From an uncultured Methylomirabilota bacterium (GTDB taxonomy: Bacteria > Methylomirabilota > Methylomirabilia > Methylomirabilales > 2-02-FULL-66-22), in contig OY970067.1 in the NCBI GenBank assembly GCA_963705305.1, positions 2,880,001 to 2,944,000 of the forward strand: a DNA stretch of 64,000 bases, given 5' to 3'. The stretch's first letter is position 1. Every line of letters starts with the position of its first letter. Position numbers and translations under genes: made by a program. Below the pieces are notes generated by a model. The model was given only the letters and a program-made list of their open reading frames with translations. It was not told where the DNA came from and did not search any database. Shown in pieces: positions 28,921 to 39,356 of the stretch.

Positions 28921-30654
28921 ATGAGCTGGCAGTTCAAGGAGAAAGCCCGCCGCCGGCTGGCCGAGGAAACCGGGACCATCGCGAAGGACTGGGGTGGACG
29001 CCTGGCCGTGGCCCTGGTCTTCCCCAACACGTACTACGTGGGGATGTCCAACCTGGGATTCCAGACCATCTACCGGACCCTGAACCAGCGGCCCGACATC
29101 GTCTGCGAGCGGGCCTTTCTTCCGGACCCGGAAGACCTCTCCAGGCACGAGCGGCTGCGCGCGCCGGTCCTCGGTTTGGAGTCGCAGCGGCCCCTGGCCG
29201 AGTTCGACTGCGTGGCCTTCTCCACGACCTACGAGAATGACTATCTCAATCTGCTCCGCATCCTGGAGCTGTCCGGAATTCCGGTCCGCGCCCGCGAGCG
29301 GGGGCCGGGCCACCCGCTGGTCAGCATGGGCGGGGTCTGCGCCTGGGCCAATCCGGAGCCGCTGGCGGACTTCCTGGACTGGTTCTTCCTGGGGGAAGGC
29401 GAGGAGTCCGGCCCGGAGGCCTTCCTGCTGTGGGACGCGGTCCGCCGGGCCGAGCGGGATCCGGCGGCGGCGCGGACGGCCTTCCTCCGGGCGCTCTGCG
29501 GGATCGAGGGCATCTACGTTCCCCGATTCTACGGGGTCGCTTATCGCGAGGACGGCACGCTGGCGGAGGTGGTGCCCCGGGAGGGGGCGCCTCTCCCGAT
29601 CAAGAAGCGGCGCCTGGCGCGCACCGACGATCACGACACCGTCTCCACGGTCCGGACGGCCAACACCGAGTTTGGCGAGATGGCGCTGCTGGAGGTCGGC
29701 AAGGGCTGCGGCCGCGGCTGCCGCTTCTGCATGGAAGGAGAGATCTACCGCCCGGTCCGGCACCGGCACATCGAGGCCATCCTGCGGGCTGCCGAGACGG
29801 CCCTTCCGCGGGGGAGGCGGATCGGCCTGGTAGGGGCCTGCGTCTCGGACTATCCCTGGATCGATGATCTCATCGCCGCTCTGCGGGCCCGCGGGGTGGA
29901 TGTTTCGCTGTCGTCGGTCCGGGCAGACAGCCTGAGCCCCGGCCTGGTCCGCGGACTGGTCGAGAGCGGCACCCGCACGCTGACCATCGCCCCCGAGGCG
30001 GGAACCGATCGGCTGCGCCGGGTGATCCGGAAGAGCCTGAACGAGGAGCGGCTGCTCCAGGCGGTGGATCTGATCGCCGACTCCGGCGTGCCCAGCGTCA
30101 AGCTGTACTTCATGGTCGGCCTTCCCACCGAGACGGAAGAGGACGTCCAGGGCATCCTCCGGCTGGCCAAGGCGGTGCGGCACCGGATCCTCCAGCGCCG
30201 GCGCGATCCCACCCGCGCGAGGGAGCTCACCGTCGGGGTCAGCTCGTTCGTGCCCAAACCCTGGACGGCGTTTCAGTGGTGCGCCATGGCAGGGCGACGG
30301 CGGCTGGAGGAAATCCTCCAGACGCTCGGCCGGGAGCTTCGCCACGCGGGGATCCGCTTCACCCACGATGTTCCCAAATGGGCCTACCTCCAGGGGGTCC
30401 TGGCGCGGGGGGATCGGCGGGTGGGGGGCCTTCTGGAGCTGGCCCTGCATCACCGCGGGGATTGGCGGCGCGCGTTCAGGGAATGGCCGGGCAATCCGGA
30501 TTTCTACGCCTGCCGGGAGCGGCCCCTCGCCGAGCGGTTTCCCTGGGATCATTTCGACGTGGGGACCAGGCGGTCCCGCCTCGAGCTCGAATACCAACGG
30601 GGCATGGGGCTGGCACCCGAGCGGGAGGTTCGATGGAAAGCGTCGCTGGCATGA
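28921..30654 (+). CDS. Radical SAM protein with N-terminal B12-binding-like domain (TIGR03960-like)
   Basis: FPNTYYVGMSNLG, CERAF, GCGRGCRFC (CxxxCxxC), TIAPEAG, KLYFMVGLP, FVPKPWT. Confidence 0.9.
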   Translation: MSWQFKEKARRRLAEETGTIAKDWGGRLAVALVFPNTYYVGMSNLGFQTIYRTLNQRPDIVCERAFLPDPEDLSRHERLRAPVLGLESQRPLAEFDCVAFSTTYENDYLNLLRILELSGIPVRARERGPGHPLVSMGGVCAWANPEPLADFLDWFFLGEGEESGPEAFLLWDAVRRAERDPAAARTAFLRALCGIEGIYVPRFYGVAYREDGTLAEVVPREGAPLPIKKRRLARTDDHDTVSTVRTANTEFGEMALLEVGKGCGRGCRFCMEGEIYRPVRHRHIEAILRAAETALPRGRRIGLVGACVSDYPWIDDLIAALRARGVDVSLSSVRADSLSPGLVRGLVESGTRTLTIAPEAGTDRLRRVIRKSLNEERLLQAVDLIADSGVPSVKLYFMVGLPTETEEDVQGILRLAKAVRHRILQRRRDPTRARELTVGVSSFVPKPWTAFQWCAMAGRRRLEEILQTLGRELRHAGIRFTHDVPKWAYLQGVLARGDRRVGGLLELALHHRGDWRRAFREWPGNPDFYACRERPLAERFPWDHFDVGTRRSRLELEYQRGMGLAPEREVRWKASLA

Positions 30655-31481
30655 GGGATGGTCGTCTCCTGCAGCCGGCGTCCGGCTCGCCGGCCGTGGC
30701 GCAGGCGCGGCTCCTCCGGGACTCGGGGACAATCGCGCACGCGTTCAGCACCCGCCTGGGCGGAGTGAGCCGGCCCCCCTTTGCCGCCCTCAATCTGGGA
30801 CTGAGCGTCGGGGACGATCCGGAGGCGGTGCGGGAGAACCGCCGCCGGTTCTTCGGGGCCTTCGAGATTCCGCCCGCCCGGGTCGTCCGGGTCCGGCAGG
30901 TCCACGGCGATCAGGTGCTGGTGGTGGATGCGGCGATCGTGCGGCGGGAGGGCTTCCCGGCCTGTCTGGTGGACGAGGGGGTCGGGTGCGACGCGCTAAT
31001 CACCGATCTGCCGGGCCTGGCCCTGGTCGTCTCGACCGCCGACTGCCTGCCGGTCCTGATCCACGATCCGGGGCACGGGGCGGTCGCCGCGGTCCACGCG
31101 GGCTGGCGGGGCACCGCGGCCCGCATCCCGGCCAAGGCAGTGGAGGCCATGTCCAGGACCTACGGGACCGATCCGGCCGACTGCCGGGCGGCCATCGGAC
31201 CGGGGATCGGGGCCTGCTGCTACGAGGTGGATGCCCGCGTGCGAGAGGCGGCGCTGGCCTCGGGCTTTGCCTGGGAGCGGCACGCCGCGCCTGCGGGTCC
31301 CGACCACTGGCGGCTGGATCTGGCCGGGATGATTCGCACGGGCTTGGAGGAGGCGGGCGTCCGGCCGGATCGGATCGAGGATCTCTCGTTGTGCACCGCC
31401 TGCCGCACGGACCTGTTTTTTTCCCATCGGGCCGAAAAAGGCCGCACCGGGCGGATGATGAACTTCATCTTCATACGATAA
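30651..31481 (+). CDS. pgeF: Peptidoglycan editing factor / YfiH family (laccase-like, purine nucleoside phosphorylase)
   Basis: STRLGGVS, LNLG, QVHG, TADCLPVL, HAGWRG, CCYEV, CTAC, FFSHR. Confidence 0.95.
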   Translation: MRDGRLLQPASGSPAVAQARLLRDSGTIAHAFSTRLGGVSRPPFAALNLGLSVGDDPEAVRENRRRFFGAFEIPPARVVRVRQVHGDQVLVVDAAIVRREGFPACLVDEGVGCDALITDLPGLALVVSTADCLPVLIHDPGHGAVAAVHAGWRGTAARIPAKAVEAMSRTYGTDPADCRAAIGPGIGACCYEVDARVREAALASGFAWERHAAPAGPDHWRLDLAGMIRTGLEEAGVRPDRIEDLSLCTACRTDLFFSHRAEKGRTGRMMNFIFIR

Positions 31482-31610
31482 AGGTCGGGGGTCGGCTGCG
31501 CCCGGGACGGGCTCCCGTGCGATCGGGATGGGGCTCCGGGCAAGAATCACGGGGGCACCGCGTCAACTCCGCCGGAGACGGATGAGGCGGGAAATATAGG
31601 GGAGGGTCAG

Positions 31611-32564
31611 ATGCTGATCAGACATGCGCCGAGATTCACGTGGTCCGAGGTCACGGATCGCCGACTCTATCTGAATCGCCGGGAATTCATCGCGGGGGCA
31701 GCCGCCCTGGCCCTCTTTCCGACGGCCGCCGAGGCCGCGGACACGCCCGCGGGGCAGTCCCTGCCGGCTACGCTGAACCCGGCCTACAGCCTGAAAGACA
31801 AGCCCACCAGCTTCCAGAGCGCCACCACCTACAACAACTTTTACGAGTTCGGGGTGGACAAGTCCGATCCCGCCCGGCTGGCGCATACGCTCCGGCCGCG
31901 TCCCTGGGCGGTCCAGGTGGACGGTCACGTGGGCAAGCCCAGGAAATTCGACATCGAGGAGCTGCTCCGGCTGGCCCCGATGGAGGAGCGGATCTACGCC
32001 CTGCGGTGTGTGGAGGGGTGGTCCATGGTCATCCCATGGATCGGCTATCCGCTGTCGGTGCTGTTGAAGAAGGTCGAACCGGCCAGCCAGGCCCGGTTCG
32101 CGGAGTTCACGACGCTCCTGGATCCCGAGCAGTTCCCGGCGCAGCGACCGGGCCCATTCAATCTTGGCGGCCTGGACTGGCCCTACACGGAAGGACTCCG
32201 GCTGGACGAGGCCATGCACCCCCTCACCCTGCTCACCTTCGGCATGTACGGCCAGGTCTTGCCGAATCAGGACGGAGCCCCCATCCGGGTGGTGGTGCCG
32301 TGGAAATACGGCTTCAAGAGCGCCAAATCCCTGGTGCGGATCCGCCTGACGACGGAGCAGCCCAAGACCACGTGGTCGTCGGCGGCGCCCAACGAGTACG
32401 GCTTCTATTCCAACGTCAACCCCACCGTGGATCATCCCCGCTGGAGCCAGGCCAGCGAGCGGCGCATCGGGGAGTTTCTGCGGCGCAAGACGCTGATGTT
32501 CAACGGCTACGCCGACCAGGTGGCCTCCCTGTATGCGGGCATGGACCTGCGGAAAAATTTCTGA
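31611..32564 (+). CDS. msrP: Methionine sulfoxide reductase catalytic molybdopterin subunit
   Basis: Tat motif [38 protein letters not shown]. Confidence 0.97.
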   Translation: MLIRHAPRFTWSEVTDRRLYLNRREFIAGAAALALFPTAAEAADTPAGQSLPATLNPAYSLKDKPTSFQSATTYNNFYEFGVDKSDPARLAHTLRPRPWAVQVDGHVGKPRKFDIEELLRLAPMEERIYALRCVEGWSMVIPWIGYPLSVLLKKVEPASQARFAEFTTLLDPEQFPAQRPGPFNLGGLDWPYTEGLRLDEAMHPLTLLTFGMYGQVLPNQDGAPIRVVVPWKYGFKSAKSLVRIRLTTEQPKTTWSSAAPNEYGFYSNVNPTVDHPRWSQASERRIGEFLRRKTLMFNGYADQVASLYAGMDLRKNF

Positions 32565-32574
32565 GGGGAGCGGC

Positions 32575-33225
32575 GTGGCGACGCAAACGCGCATCGGGCT
32601 CAAGGCGGCCGCCTGGATCCTGTGTCTCCTGCCGCTCGTCCTGCTGGTCCGGCTGGCGGTCACCGGCGGCCTGGGGCCCAACCCCATCAGCTTTGCGACC
32701 AACTGGCTGGGCCAGTGGACGTTTCGCCTGCTGCTGATGACCCTGGCCCTGACCCCCCTGCGCGTGCTGCTCGGCATCCGCTGGCCGCTCCAGCTCCGCC
32801 GGCTCCTGGGTCTATTCGCCTTCTTCTATGCCTGCCTGCACTTCGCCGTCTGGGTGGTCGTGGACCACTTCTTCAACTGGCCGGAGATGTGGGCCGACAT
32901 TCTGAAGCGCCGCTATGTCACCGTCGGCATGCTGGCGCTGCTGCTCCTGGTCCCCCTGGCCGTGACGTTGACCCGCGGAATGGTAAAGCGGCTGGGCGGC
33001 GCGCGCTGGCGGCGGCTGCACCGGCTGGTCTACCCCGTGGGCGTCCTGGCGGCCCTGCATTTTCTTTGGCTTGCCAAAGTCGGCCGTGTTGATCAGTATG
33101 TATACGCGGCAATCCTGGCCCTGCTCTTGGGGATCCGGGTCGTGGATGCGCTGCGCCGCCGGCTGCGCCGCCGGGCTGCTGCCCCGGCGGCCAGCTCTGG
33201 CCTCCTGGCGGAATCCGGCAAATAG
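32575..33225 (+). CDS. msrQ: Heme-binding membrane subunit MsrQ
   Basis: RRLLGLFAFFYACLH, WRRLHRLVY, LHFLW; follows msrP. Confidence 0.95.
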   Translation: MATQTRIGLKAAAWILCLLPLVLLVRLAVTGGLGPNPISFATNWLGQWTFRLLLMTLALTPLRVLLGIRWPLQLRRLLGLFAFFYACLHFAVWVVVDHFFNWPEMWADILKRRYVTVGMLALLLLVPLAVTLTRGMVKRLGGARWRRLHRLVYPVGVLAALHFLWLAKVGRVDQYVYAAILALLLGIRVVDALRRRLRRRAAAPAASSGLLAESGK

Positions 33226-33244
33226 TGTCCGCGGCCGTTGACCC

Positions 33245-33916
33245 TCAGCTTTCCCCCGGCCAGGATTCTCCCCGCCAGCACATCTCCCAGAAGAGCCATT
33301 CGTATCGGCTGGAGAGGACGAAGAGATCGACCAGCCGCTCTCGCTTGGCAGGCGTGGCGCCCTCGGCCAGGCGATTCATCTCCGCCTTGAGCCACTCCGC
33401 GGCCTGGACGAAGTCGTCGGAGGCGTACTGGACGATCCAGTCGGCGTAGCGTTGATCCGACGGGGGACGGCCCCGACTCAGGTGCTCCGCGATGTACACG
33501 TATCCCCAGGCGCAGGGCAGCAGGGCGGCGACGAGATCGGCCAGGTCCCCGTCGGCCGCGGTGCGGATGAGGAAGTCGGTGTACGCCCGCGTGGTCGGCC
33601 ATATCGGCGTGGCTTCCAGGTCGCCGACCGTGATGCCGAAGCGCCGGGCGTAGCCGCGGTGAAGGGCCATCTCGGTGTTGAGCGTCAAGTGGAGGACCGA
33701 CGCGTACCACCCCATGGACTCCAGCCGGTCGGCCTTGGCCACCGCCCAGGCGAAGACGCGGGCGAAGTCCTTGAGATAGACGTAATCCTGACAGATGTAC
33801 CGCTTGAATCGCTCCTCCTCCACGGACCCGTCGGCAATCCCCCTGACGAATGGGTGGTCGAGCTGGGCATCCCAGATCGGCTTGGCGGCTGTGTAGAGAT
33901 CGTCCGCAAATGCCAT
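33245..33916 (-). CDS. tenA: Thiaminase II / aminopyrimidine aminohydrolase
   Basis: HPFVRGI, QDYVYL, E..LH, YTDFL, LLPCAWGY (catalytic Cys), YEWLFW. Confidence 0.93.
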   Translation of the reverse strand: MAFADDLYTAAKPIWDAQLDHPFVRGIADGSVEEERFKRYICQDYVYLKDFARVFAWAVAKADRLESMGWYASVLHLTLNTEMALHRGYARRFGITVGDLEATPIWPTTRAYTDFLIRTAADGDLADLVAALLPCAWGYVYIAEHLSRGRPPSDQRYADWIVQYASDDFVQAAEWLKAEMNRLAEGATPAKRERLVDLFVLSSRYEWLFWEMCWRGESWPGES

Positions 33917-34135
33917 CGGTCATCCTCCTTCCTGCACGGCGCCGTCGCTCCCACGGGCCCGACTGTATGGCCGGCCGATGCCCGCCGTCAAGGGGGAGAC
34001 GCTGCCAGGCCAAACCGTCCCGCTACCCTCCCCACAAAGCTTGTGCTAGTCTAGGAGTCCCGGGCGGCGGACACGGTTGGGGGTCCGGCGGCCCGGCACT
34101 GTCTGGTGTTCCCGCAGGGGTGAAGGAGATTCGAC

Positions 34136-35116
34136 ATGCACTACGTCAACCTGGGAAAGTCCGGGCTCAAGGTGTCCCGCGTGTGTCTGGGGATGATGTC
34201 CTATGGCGACAAGCGGTGGCGCGAGTGGACGCTGGGCGAGGAGGAAGCCCGGCCGATCGTCCGGCGTGCGGCGGAGCTGGGGATCAATTTCTACGACACC
34301 GCCAACGTATACTCGCAGGGCGTCAGCGAGGAGATCACCGGCAAGCTACTGAAGGAGATCTACGCCGGGCGGGACGAGTACGTGGTGGCCACCAAGGTCC
34401 ACGGAGTCATGGGAGAGGGACCCAACCAGCGGGGGCTCTCGCGCAAGCACATCCTGGAGAGCATGGATGCCTCGCTCCGTCGGCTGGGACTCGCGTACGT
34501 GGACCTCTACCAGACCCACCGCTGGGACCCCGTCACCCCCATCGAGGAGACGCTGGCCGCCCTGGACGATCTGGTGCGGGCGGGCAAGACGCGGTACATC
34601 GGGGCCTCCAGCATGTACGCCTGGCAGTTCGCCAAAGCGCTGTATACGGCCGACCTCAGGGGCTGGAGCCGCTTCGTCTCCATGCAGAACCACTACAATG
34701 TGATCTACCGGGAGGAGGAGCGCGAGATGATCCCGCTCTGCCTCGACCAGGGGATCGGCATCATCCCATGGAGCCCGCTGGCCCGCGGCTTTGTGATCGG
34801 CAACCGGACCGCCCAGAAGGGGGGAGACACCGCGCGGGCCAGGAGCGACGGCTTCGCCCACAGCCTGTACTACCAGCCCACCGACTTCGAGATCGCCGAC
34901 CGGGTCGGCCAGGTGGCGGAGCGGCTCGGCCTGCCGCGGGCGAGGGTGGCCCTGGCCTGGGTGCTCGGCAAAGCCGGCATCACCTGTCCTATCGTGGGGG
35001 CGACCAAGCTCTCCCACGTGGACGATGCCGTGGCGGCCGTGGACATCCGGCTGGATGACGAGGATGTCGCCCGGCTTGAAGCGCCCTACCGGCCCAAGCC
35101 GGTCCTCGGGATGTAA
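34136..35116 (+). CDS. Aldo/keto reductase
   Basis: LGKSGLKVS, DTANVYS, ATK, SLRRLG, DLYQTH, QNHYN, WSPLARG. Confidence 0.95.
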   Translation: MHYVNLGKSGLKVSRVCLGMMSYGDKRWREWTLGEEEARPIVRRAAELGINFYDTANVYSQGVSEEITGKLLKEIYAGRDEYVVATKVHGVMGEGPNQRGLSRKHILESMDASLRRLGLAYVDLYQTHRWDPVTPIEETLAALDDLVRAGKTRYIGASSMYAWQFAKALYTADLRGWSRFVSMQNHYNVIYREEEREMIPLCLDQGIGIIPWSPLARGFVIGNRTAQKGGDTARARSDGFAHSLYYQPTDFEIADRVGQVAERLGLPRARVALAWVLGKAGITCPIVGATKLSHVDDAVAAVDIRLDDEDVARLEAPYRPKPVLGM

Positions 35117-35154
35117 GCAACGTCTCTCCATGTCCGGAAGACCGCAGTTTGGTC

Positions 35155-35190
35155 TTGACACGGGGCGTGGATTGGAAAAAAGTTAACTTT
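35155..35190 (+). promoter_or_regulatory. TTGACA box followed by the palindrome AAAGTTAACTTT (putative operator of the ABC operon)
   Basis: AT-rich 12-bp perfect palindrome at 35179-35190, around the expected -10 position. Confidence 0.45.
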
Positions 35191-35396
35191 CCTGAGTGGT
35201 GTTGTGCGTTCGTCCGAATCCCTACGCACGGGGCCGCGGGGCCGGCGGGGGGTCCTGGGGGATGCAGAGACCAGAAGAGAGGATGGGAGCGGACCCGAGG
35301 CGGGCAGACCGCGGCTGCATCGCCGCCGTCGACCATCCTTCTCGACCAGAAAGGAGGGTGGCCGTGGTCCGGACATCCGGCCCAGGCCGACATGTC

Positions 35397-36416
35397 ATGA
35401 AGCGCACGCTGATTGTCAGCACGATGCTGGCCCTAATGATCGGGGGCGCCGGGGTGGCCAGGGCGGCGGATCTGGTGATCTACGCGGCGCTGGATACCAA
35501 GACCATCGGGGAGATTGCCCAAGCCTTCACCAAGGCCACAGGTCTGACGGCGGAGGTCGCCCTGCAGATCGAACAGGCCGGGACCATCTCCTCCCGGATC
35601 AAGACTGAGGCGGCCACCCCCCGGGCCGACATCTTCATCGGGGGCAACTCCTCCATCCATGACAGCCTGGCCCACGAGGGATTCCTGGCCAAGTATGTCT
35701 CCCCCGAGGTGGCCAAGGCCCGGATTGACAAGAAATACATGGACCCCGACGGCTTCTGGAGCGGCTGGTATCTGGGCGCCCTGGCCATTTTGGTAAACCA
35801 GAAGCGATTCCAGGCCGAAATCGCCCCCAAGGGCATCCACCTGCCCACCACCTGGGATGATCTCTTGAATCCGGCCTACAAGGGCGAGATCATCGGGGCC
35901 AATCCCACCACCACGGGTGGGGCGGTGATCTTCGTGGCCACCCAGATCTTCCGGCTGGGAAGCATGGACAAGGGCTTCGAGTACATCGCCCAGCTCAACA
36001 AGAACGTCTCCCAGTACACGCCGGGAGCCAACGGCTCGATTCCGCTGGTGGCTCAGGGTCAGGCCATCGCGGGGGTGGCCTGGGGGCACGACCTGATCCG
36101 TCAGAAGCGGGCGGAGAACCTCCCCGTGGATGTGATCTTCCCCAAAGACGACGGCTACGAGATCGGCGGCGTCTCCATCATCAAGGGGGCTCCGCACCTG
36201 ACCGCCGCGCAGAAGTTCGTGGACTTCATGCTGACCCCCACGCCGGAAGAGATCAATGCGCGAAACGGGCTGCGCTACCCGGTCCGCGGGGGGGTGAAGC
36301 TTCCCGAGGGCATGCCGGCCTTCGAGAGCATCCAGTTCGTGAACTACAACCAGGCCGAAGTGGCCAAGAATCTGGCCGCCTGGAATCAGCGCTGGTCCCA
36401 GATCACCGGCCAGTAG
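35397..36416 (+). CDS. ABC transporter substrate-binding protein (Fe3+/thiamine/phosphonate-type, SBP family 1)
   Basis: Signal peptide; PRADIFIGG, PTTWDDLLNP, NPTTTG, AQKFVDF. Confidence 0.9.
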   Translation: MKRTLIVSTMLALMIGGAGVARAADLVIYAALDTKTIGEIAQAFTKATGLTAEVALQIEQAGTISSRIKTEAATPRADIFIGGNSSIHDSLAHEGFLAKYVSPEVAKARIDKKYMDPDGFWSGWYLGALAILVNQKRFQAEIAPKGIHLPTTWDDLLNPAYKGEIIGANPTTTGGAVIFVATQIFRLGSMDKGFEYIAQLNKNVSQYTPGANGSIPLVAQGQAIAGVAWGHDLIRQKRAENLPVDVIFPKDDGYEIGGVSIIKGAPHLTAAQKFVDFMLTPTPEEINARNGLRYPVRGGVKLPEGMPAFESIQFVNYNQAEVAKNLAAWNQRWSQITGQ

Positions 36417-36442
36417 CGTCGAGAGGACTTGACTGACGGCTG

Positions 36443-36472
36443 GGCGAGCCCGGAGATCTCTCCGGGCTCGCC
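36443..36472 (+). other. Perfect 14-bp stem hairpin after the SBP gene (likely mRNA stabiliser or partial terminator)
   Basis: GGCGAGCCCGGAGA-tc-TCTCCGGGCTCGCC; no U-tract. Confidence 0.6.
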
Positions 36473-36491
36473 GCCGTATTGAGGACGACCT

Positions 36492-38102
36492 GTGAGACGG
36501 CTGCTGCGCGAGCCGCTGCTCTTCCTGGCGCTCGCCGGAATCTTCCTGGTGCTGGGGCTGTTTGTCGTCTACCCGGTCCTCCGGGTGCTCTGGTACCCGC
36601 CCCTGCGGGCCTTCTGGACTTTCCCGGCTAATGCGCGCTACGTGGCGGCCACGCTGCACACCTTCCAGATCATGATCCTGTCCACGACCAGCGCGACGCT
36701 GGTCGGCTTCCTCTTCGCCTATGCCTTCACCCGGACCACCCTGCCGGGTAAGCGGACCCTGCGGACCATCGCGATCTTGCCGCTCTTCTCCCCGCCCTTC
36801 ATGATCGCATTCAGCTATTTGCTGATGTTCGGGCGGAACGGCCTGGTGAGCTACGGGCTGTTCGGAACGCGCTACGATATCATCGGCTGGCACGGCCTGT
36901 GGCTCTCCGAGACCATTGCCTTCTTTCCCATCGCCCTTCTGGTGATGGAGGGGGTACTTCAATCCATCGCCCCGTCGGTGGAGTACGCCGCCCGGAACCT
37001 CGGGGCGGGAGGGTGGCGGGTGTTCCGGACCGTGGTGTTCCCCCTGGCGCGGCCGGGGGTGGCCGGGGCGGCCCTCCTGGTGGCGATCTATGTTCTGGCG
37101 GACTTCGGCAACCCGATCATGATCGCGGGCAGTTTCACGGTCCTGCCGACCGAGGCGTGGACCCGAATCTCCGGCTGGGGGGATGTTAGCGGCGCCGCCG
37201 TCCTGTCCTCGATCCTCCTGGTGCCGGCCTTCGGGCTGTTTCTCCTCCAGCGGTTCTGGGTGGGCCGGCGGCAGTATGTCACCGTCACGGGAAAGACGAG
37301 CGCGCTGGCCATCCCGCCCTCCCCCTGGTACGTGGTATGGCCCCTGTTCGCCGTATGCGGTTTCGTGGCGCTCCTCATCCTGTGCGTCTTCGTGGGGCTT
37401 TTCGCCGGGGCCTTCAGCCGGGGCTGGGGCTTCGACTACACGCCCACCCTCAAACACTGGGGAGATGTGCTGGCCAGCGGGCGCGCCCTGATCCATAGTC
37501 TGGTCTTCGCGGGGGTGGCGGCAACCGCGGCCGCCCTGCTCTCCATCCTGAGCTCGTACCTGGTGTCGCGCAAGTCCTTCCCGGGCCGGGGCGCCCTCGA
37601 CTTCGTGGCCATCCTCCCCGCCGCCATCCCGGGCGTGGTGTTCGGCATCGGCTATTCCCTGGCCTTCAGTGCCCCGCCCATGGATCTGTACGGGACGGCC
37701 AGCATCATCATCCTCAGCATGATCTTCTGGAACATCCCCATGGGCTACCAGACCGGCATCGGGCAGCTGAAGCAGATTGCCCCCTCCCTGGGCGAGGCCG
37801 CCGCCAACATGGGGGCGGGGAGCCTCCGGACGTTCTGGGACATCGAGCTGCCCTTGCTCAAGTCCTCGCTGGTGTCCGCGTTCGTCGTCTCTTTCATCCG
37901 GGCGGTCACCACGCTCTCCGTCATCGTGTTCCTGGTGACCTCGCAGAACGTGGTGGCGACCTTCACGATCCTCAATCTGACCAACGACGGCTACCGGGGC
38001 GCGGCCGCGGCCCTCACCACGGCCCTCCTGGTCCTGAGCGGGGCCGTCCTGGCAACCTCCCGCCTCCTGTTCGGGCGGCACGTGGAGCTGTTTCGCATAT
38101 GA
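36492..38102 (+). CDS. ABC transporter permease (duplicated, FbpB-like)
   Basis: Two EAA loops (EYAARNLGA, EAAANMGA); about 12 TM. Confidence 0.93.
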   Translation: MRRLLREPLLFLALAGIFLVLGLFVVYPVLRVLWYPPLRAFWTFPANARYVAATLHTFQIMILSTTSATLVGFLFAYAFTRTTLPGKRTLRTIAILPLFSPPFMIAFSYLLMFGRNGLVSYGLFGTRYDIIGWHGLWLSETIAFFPIALLVMEGVLQSIAPSVEYAARNLGAGGWRVFRTVVFPLARPGVAGAALLVAIYVLADFGNPIMIAGSFTVLPTEAWTRISGWGDVSGAAVLSSILLVPAFGLFLLQRFWVGRRQYVTVTGKTSALAIPPSPWYVVWPLFAVCGFVALLILCVFVGLFAGAFSRGWGFDYTPTLKHWGDVLASGRALIHSLVFAGVAATAAALLSILSSYLVSRKSFPGRGALDFVAILPAAIPGVVFGIGYSLAFSAPPMDLYGTASIIILSMIFWNIPMGYQTGIGQLKQIAPSLGEAAANMGAGSLRTFWDIELPLLKSSLVSAFVVSFIRAVTTLSVIVFLVTSQNVVATFTILNLTNDGYRGAAAALTTALLVLSGAVLATSRLLFGRHVELFRI

Positions 38103-39224
38103 CGGACGCGCCGGCGCACATCGCCATTCGCCACCTGACCAAGCGCTTCGGTCCGGTGACCGCGGTGCGGGACGTTCTCGCTGGAGATCCCCCGGGGCAG
38201 CTTCACGACGCTCTTGGGGCCCAGCGGCTGCGGCAAGACCACCATCCTGCGGACGCTGGCCGGCTTCTACGAGCCCGACGAGGGGGAGATCTTCATCGGC
38301 GGCCGGCGGGTCAACGACATTCCCTCCCACCGGCGAAACGCCGCCATGGTGTTCCAGGACTACGCCCTGTTTCCCCACATGACCGTGGCCGAGAATGTGG
38401 CCTATGGCCTGAAGATTGCCGGCCTCCGGCGGGAGATCATCCGACGCAAGGTCGAGCAAACCCTCCAGGACCTCGGCCTGGCCGGTCTGGGAGAGCGCAT
38501 GCCGGGGATGCTCAGCGGGGGTCAACAGCAGCGGGTGGCCCTGGCCCGGGTGCTGGTCATGGAGCCGGAGGTCCTGCTCCTCGACGAGCCCCTGTCCAAC
38601 CTGGATGCCAAGCTGCGGGTGACGATCCGCGCGGAGCTGCGGCAGATCCACCGGCGGGTCGGCATCACCACCGTGTATGTCACCCACGACCAGGAGGAGG
38701 CCCTGGCCATCTCGGACCGGATCGCCGTGATGCACCAAGGACAGGTGGCGCAGTACGGCAGCCCCTGGGAGGTCTACTTCACTCCCGCCAACATGTTCGT
38801 GGCCGACTTCGTGGGGACGGCCAATTTCATCCGCGGCCGGATCCGCGAGGTGCACGGGGACCGGTTCGTCCTGGAGTTCCACGGCGGATCGATTCCGGTC
38901 CATGCCCCGAGCGCGGGGCTCCAGGCGGGTGCGGAGGCGATCCTCAGCATCCGCCCCGAGGCCATCGGCATCACGGCCGCGCCGCCAGCGGGGAACGAGG
39001 CCGCTGTCCTGGAGGGGACGATCCGGACCCACACCTTCGTGGGGCAGTGGGTACGGTACTGGGTCGACGTCGAGCCGCCACCGGGCGGGCCCGCCCAGGA
39101 GGTCATCGTGGATGTGCCGGATCCCCGCGAGCGGGGCATCCTGGACGGGCACGTGTTCCTCCGCCTGGATCCCGCCAAGCTCCACCATCTGCGCGGATCC
39201 GAACAGATTTTCACCGGGTTCTGA
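38099..39224 (+). CDS. ABC transporter ATP-binding protein (+1 frameshift at 38171-38177; 374 aa when corrected)
   Basis: LTKRFG...RDVSLEI after correction; GPSGCGKT, LSGGQQQR, LLDEP, VTHDQ. Confidence 0.92.
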
Positions 39225-39356
39225 GCGCCCGTCGCGCTTGCCCGGGGCAGGGAAACGTGTTAAGGTGACCCGCCGGTCGAGCGGGGTGATCCGCTGCCCC
39301 TGACGGCACGGAACGGCCGGCGTGCGAGGGATTCCAGGCTCGCGAGGAGGAGTGGG

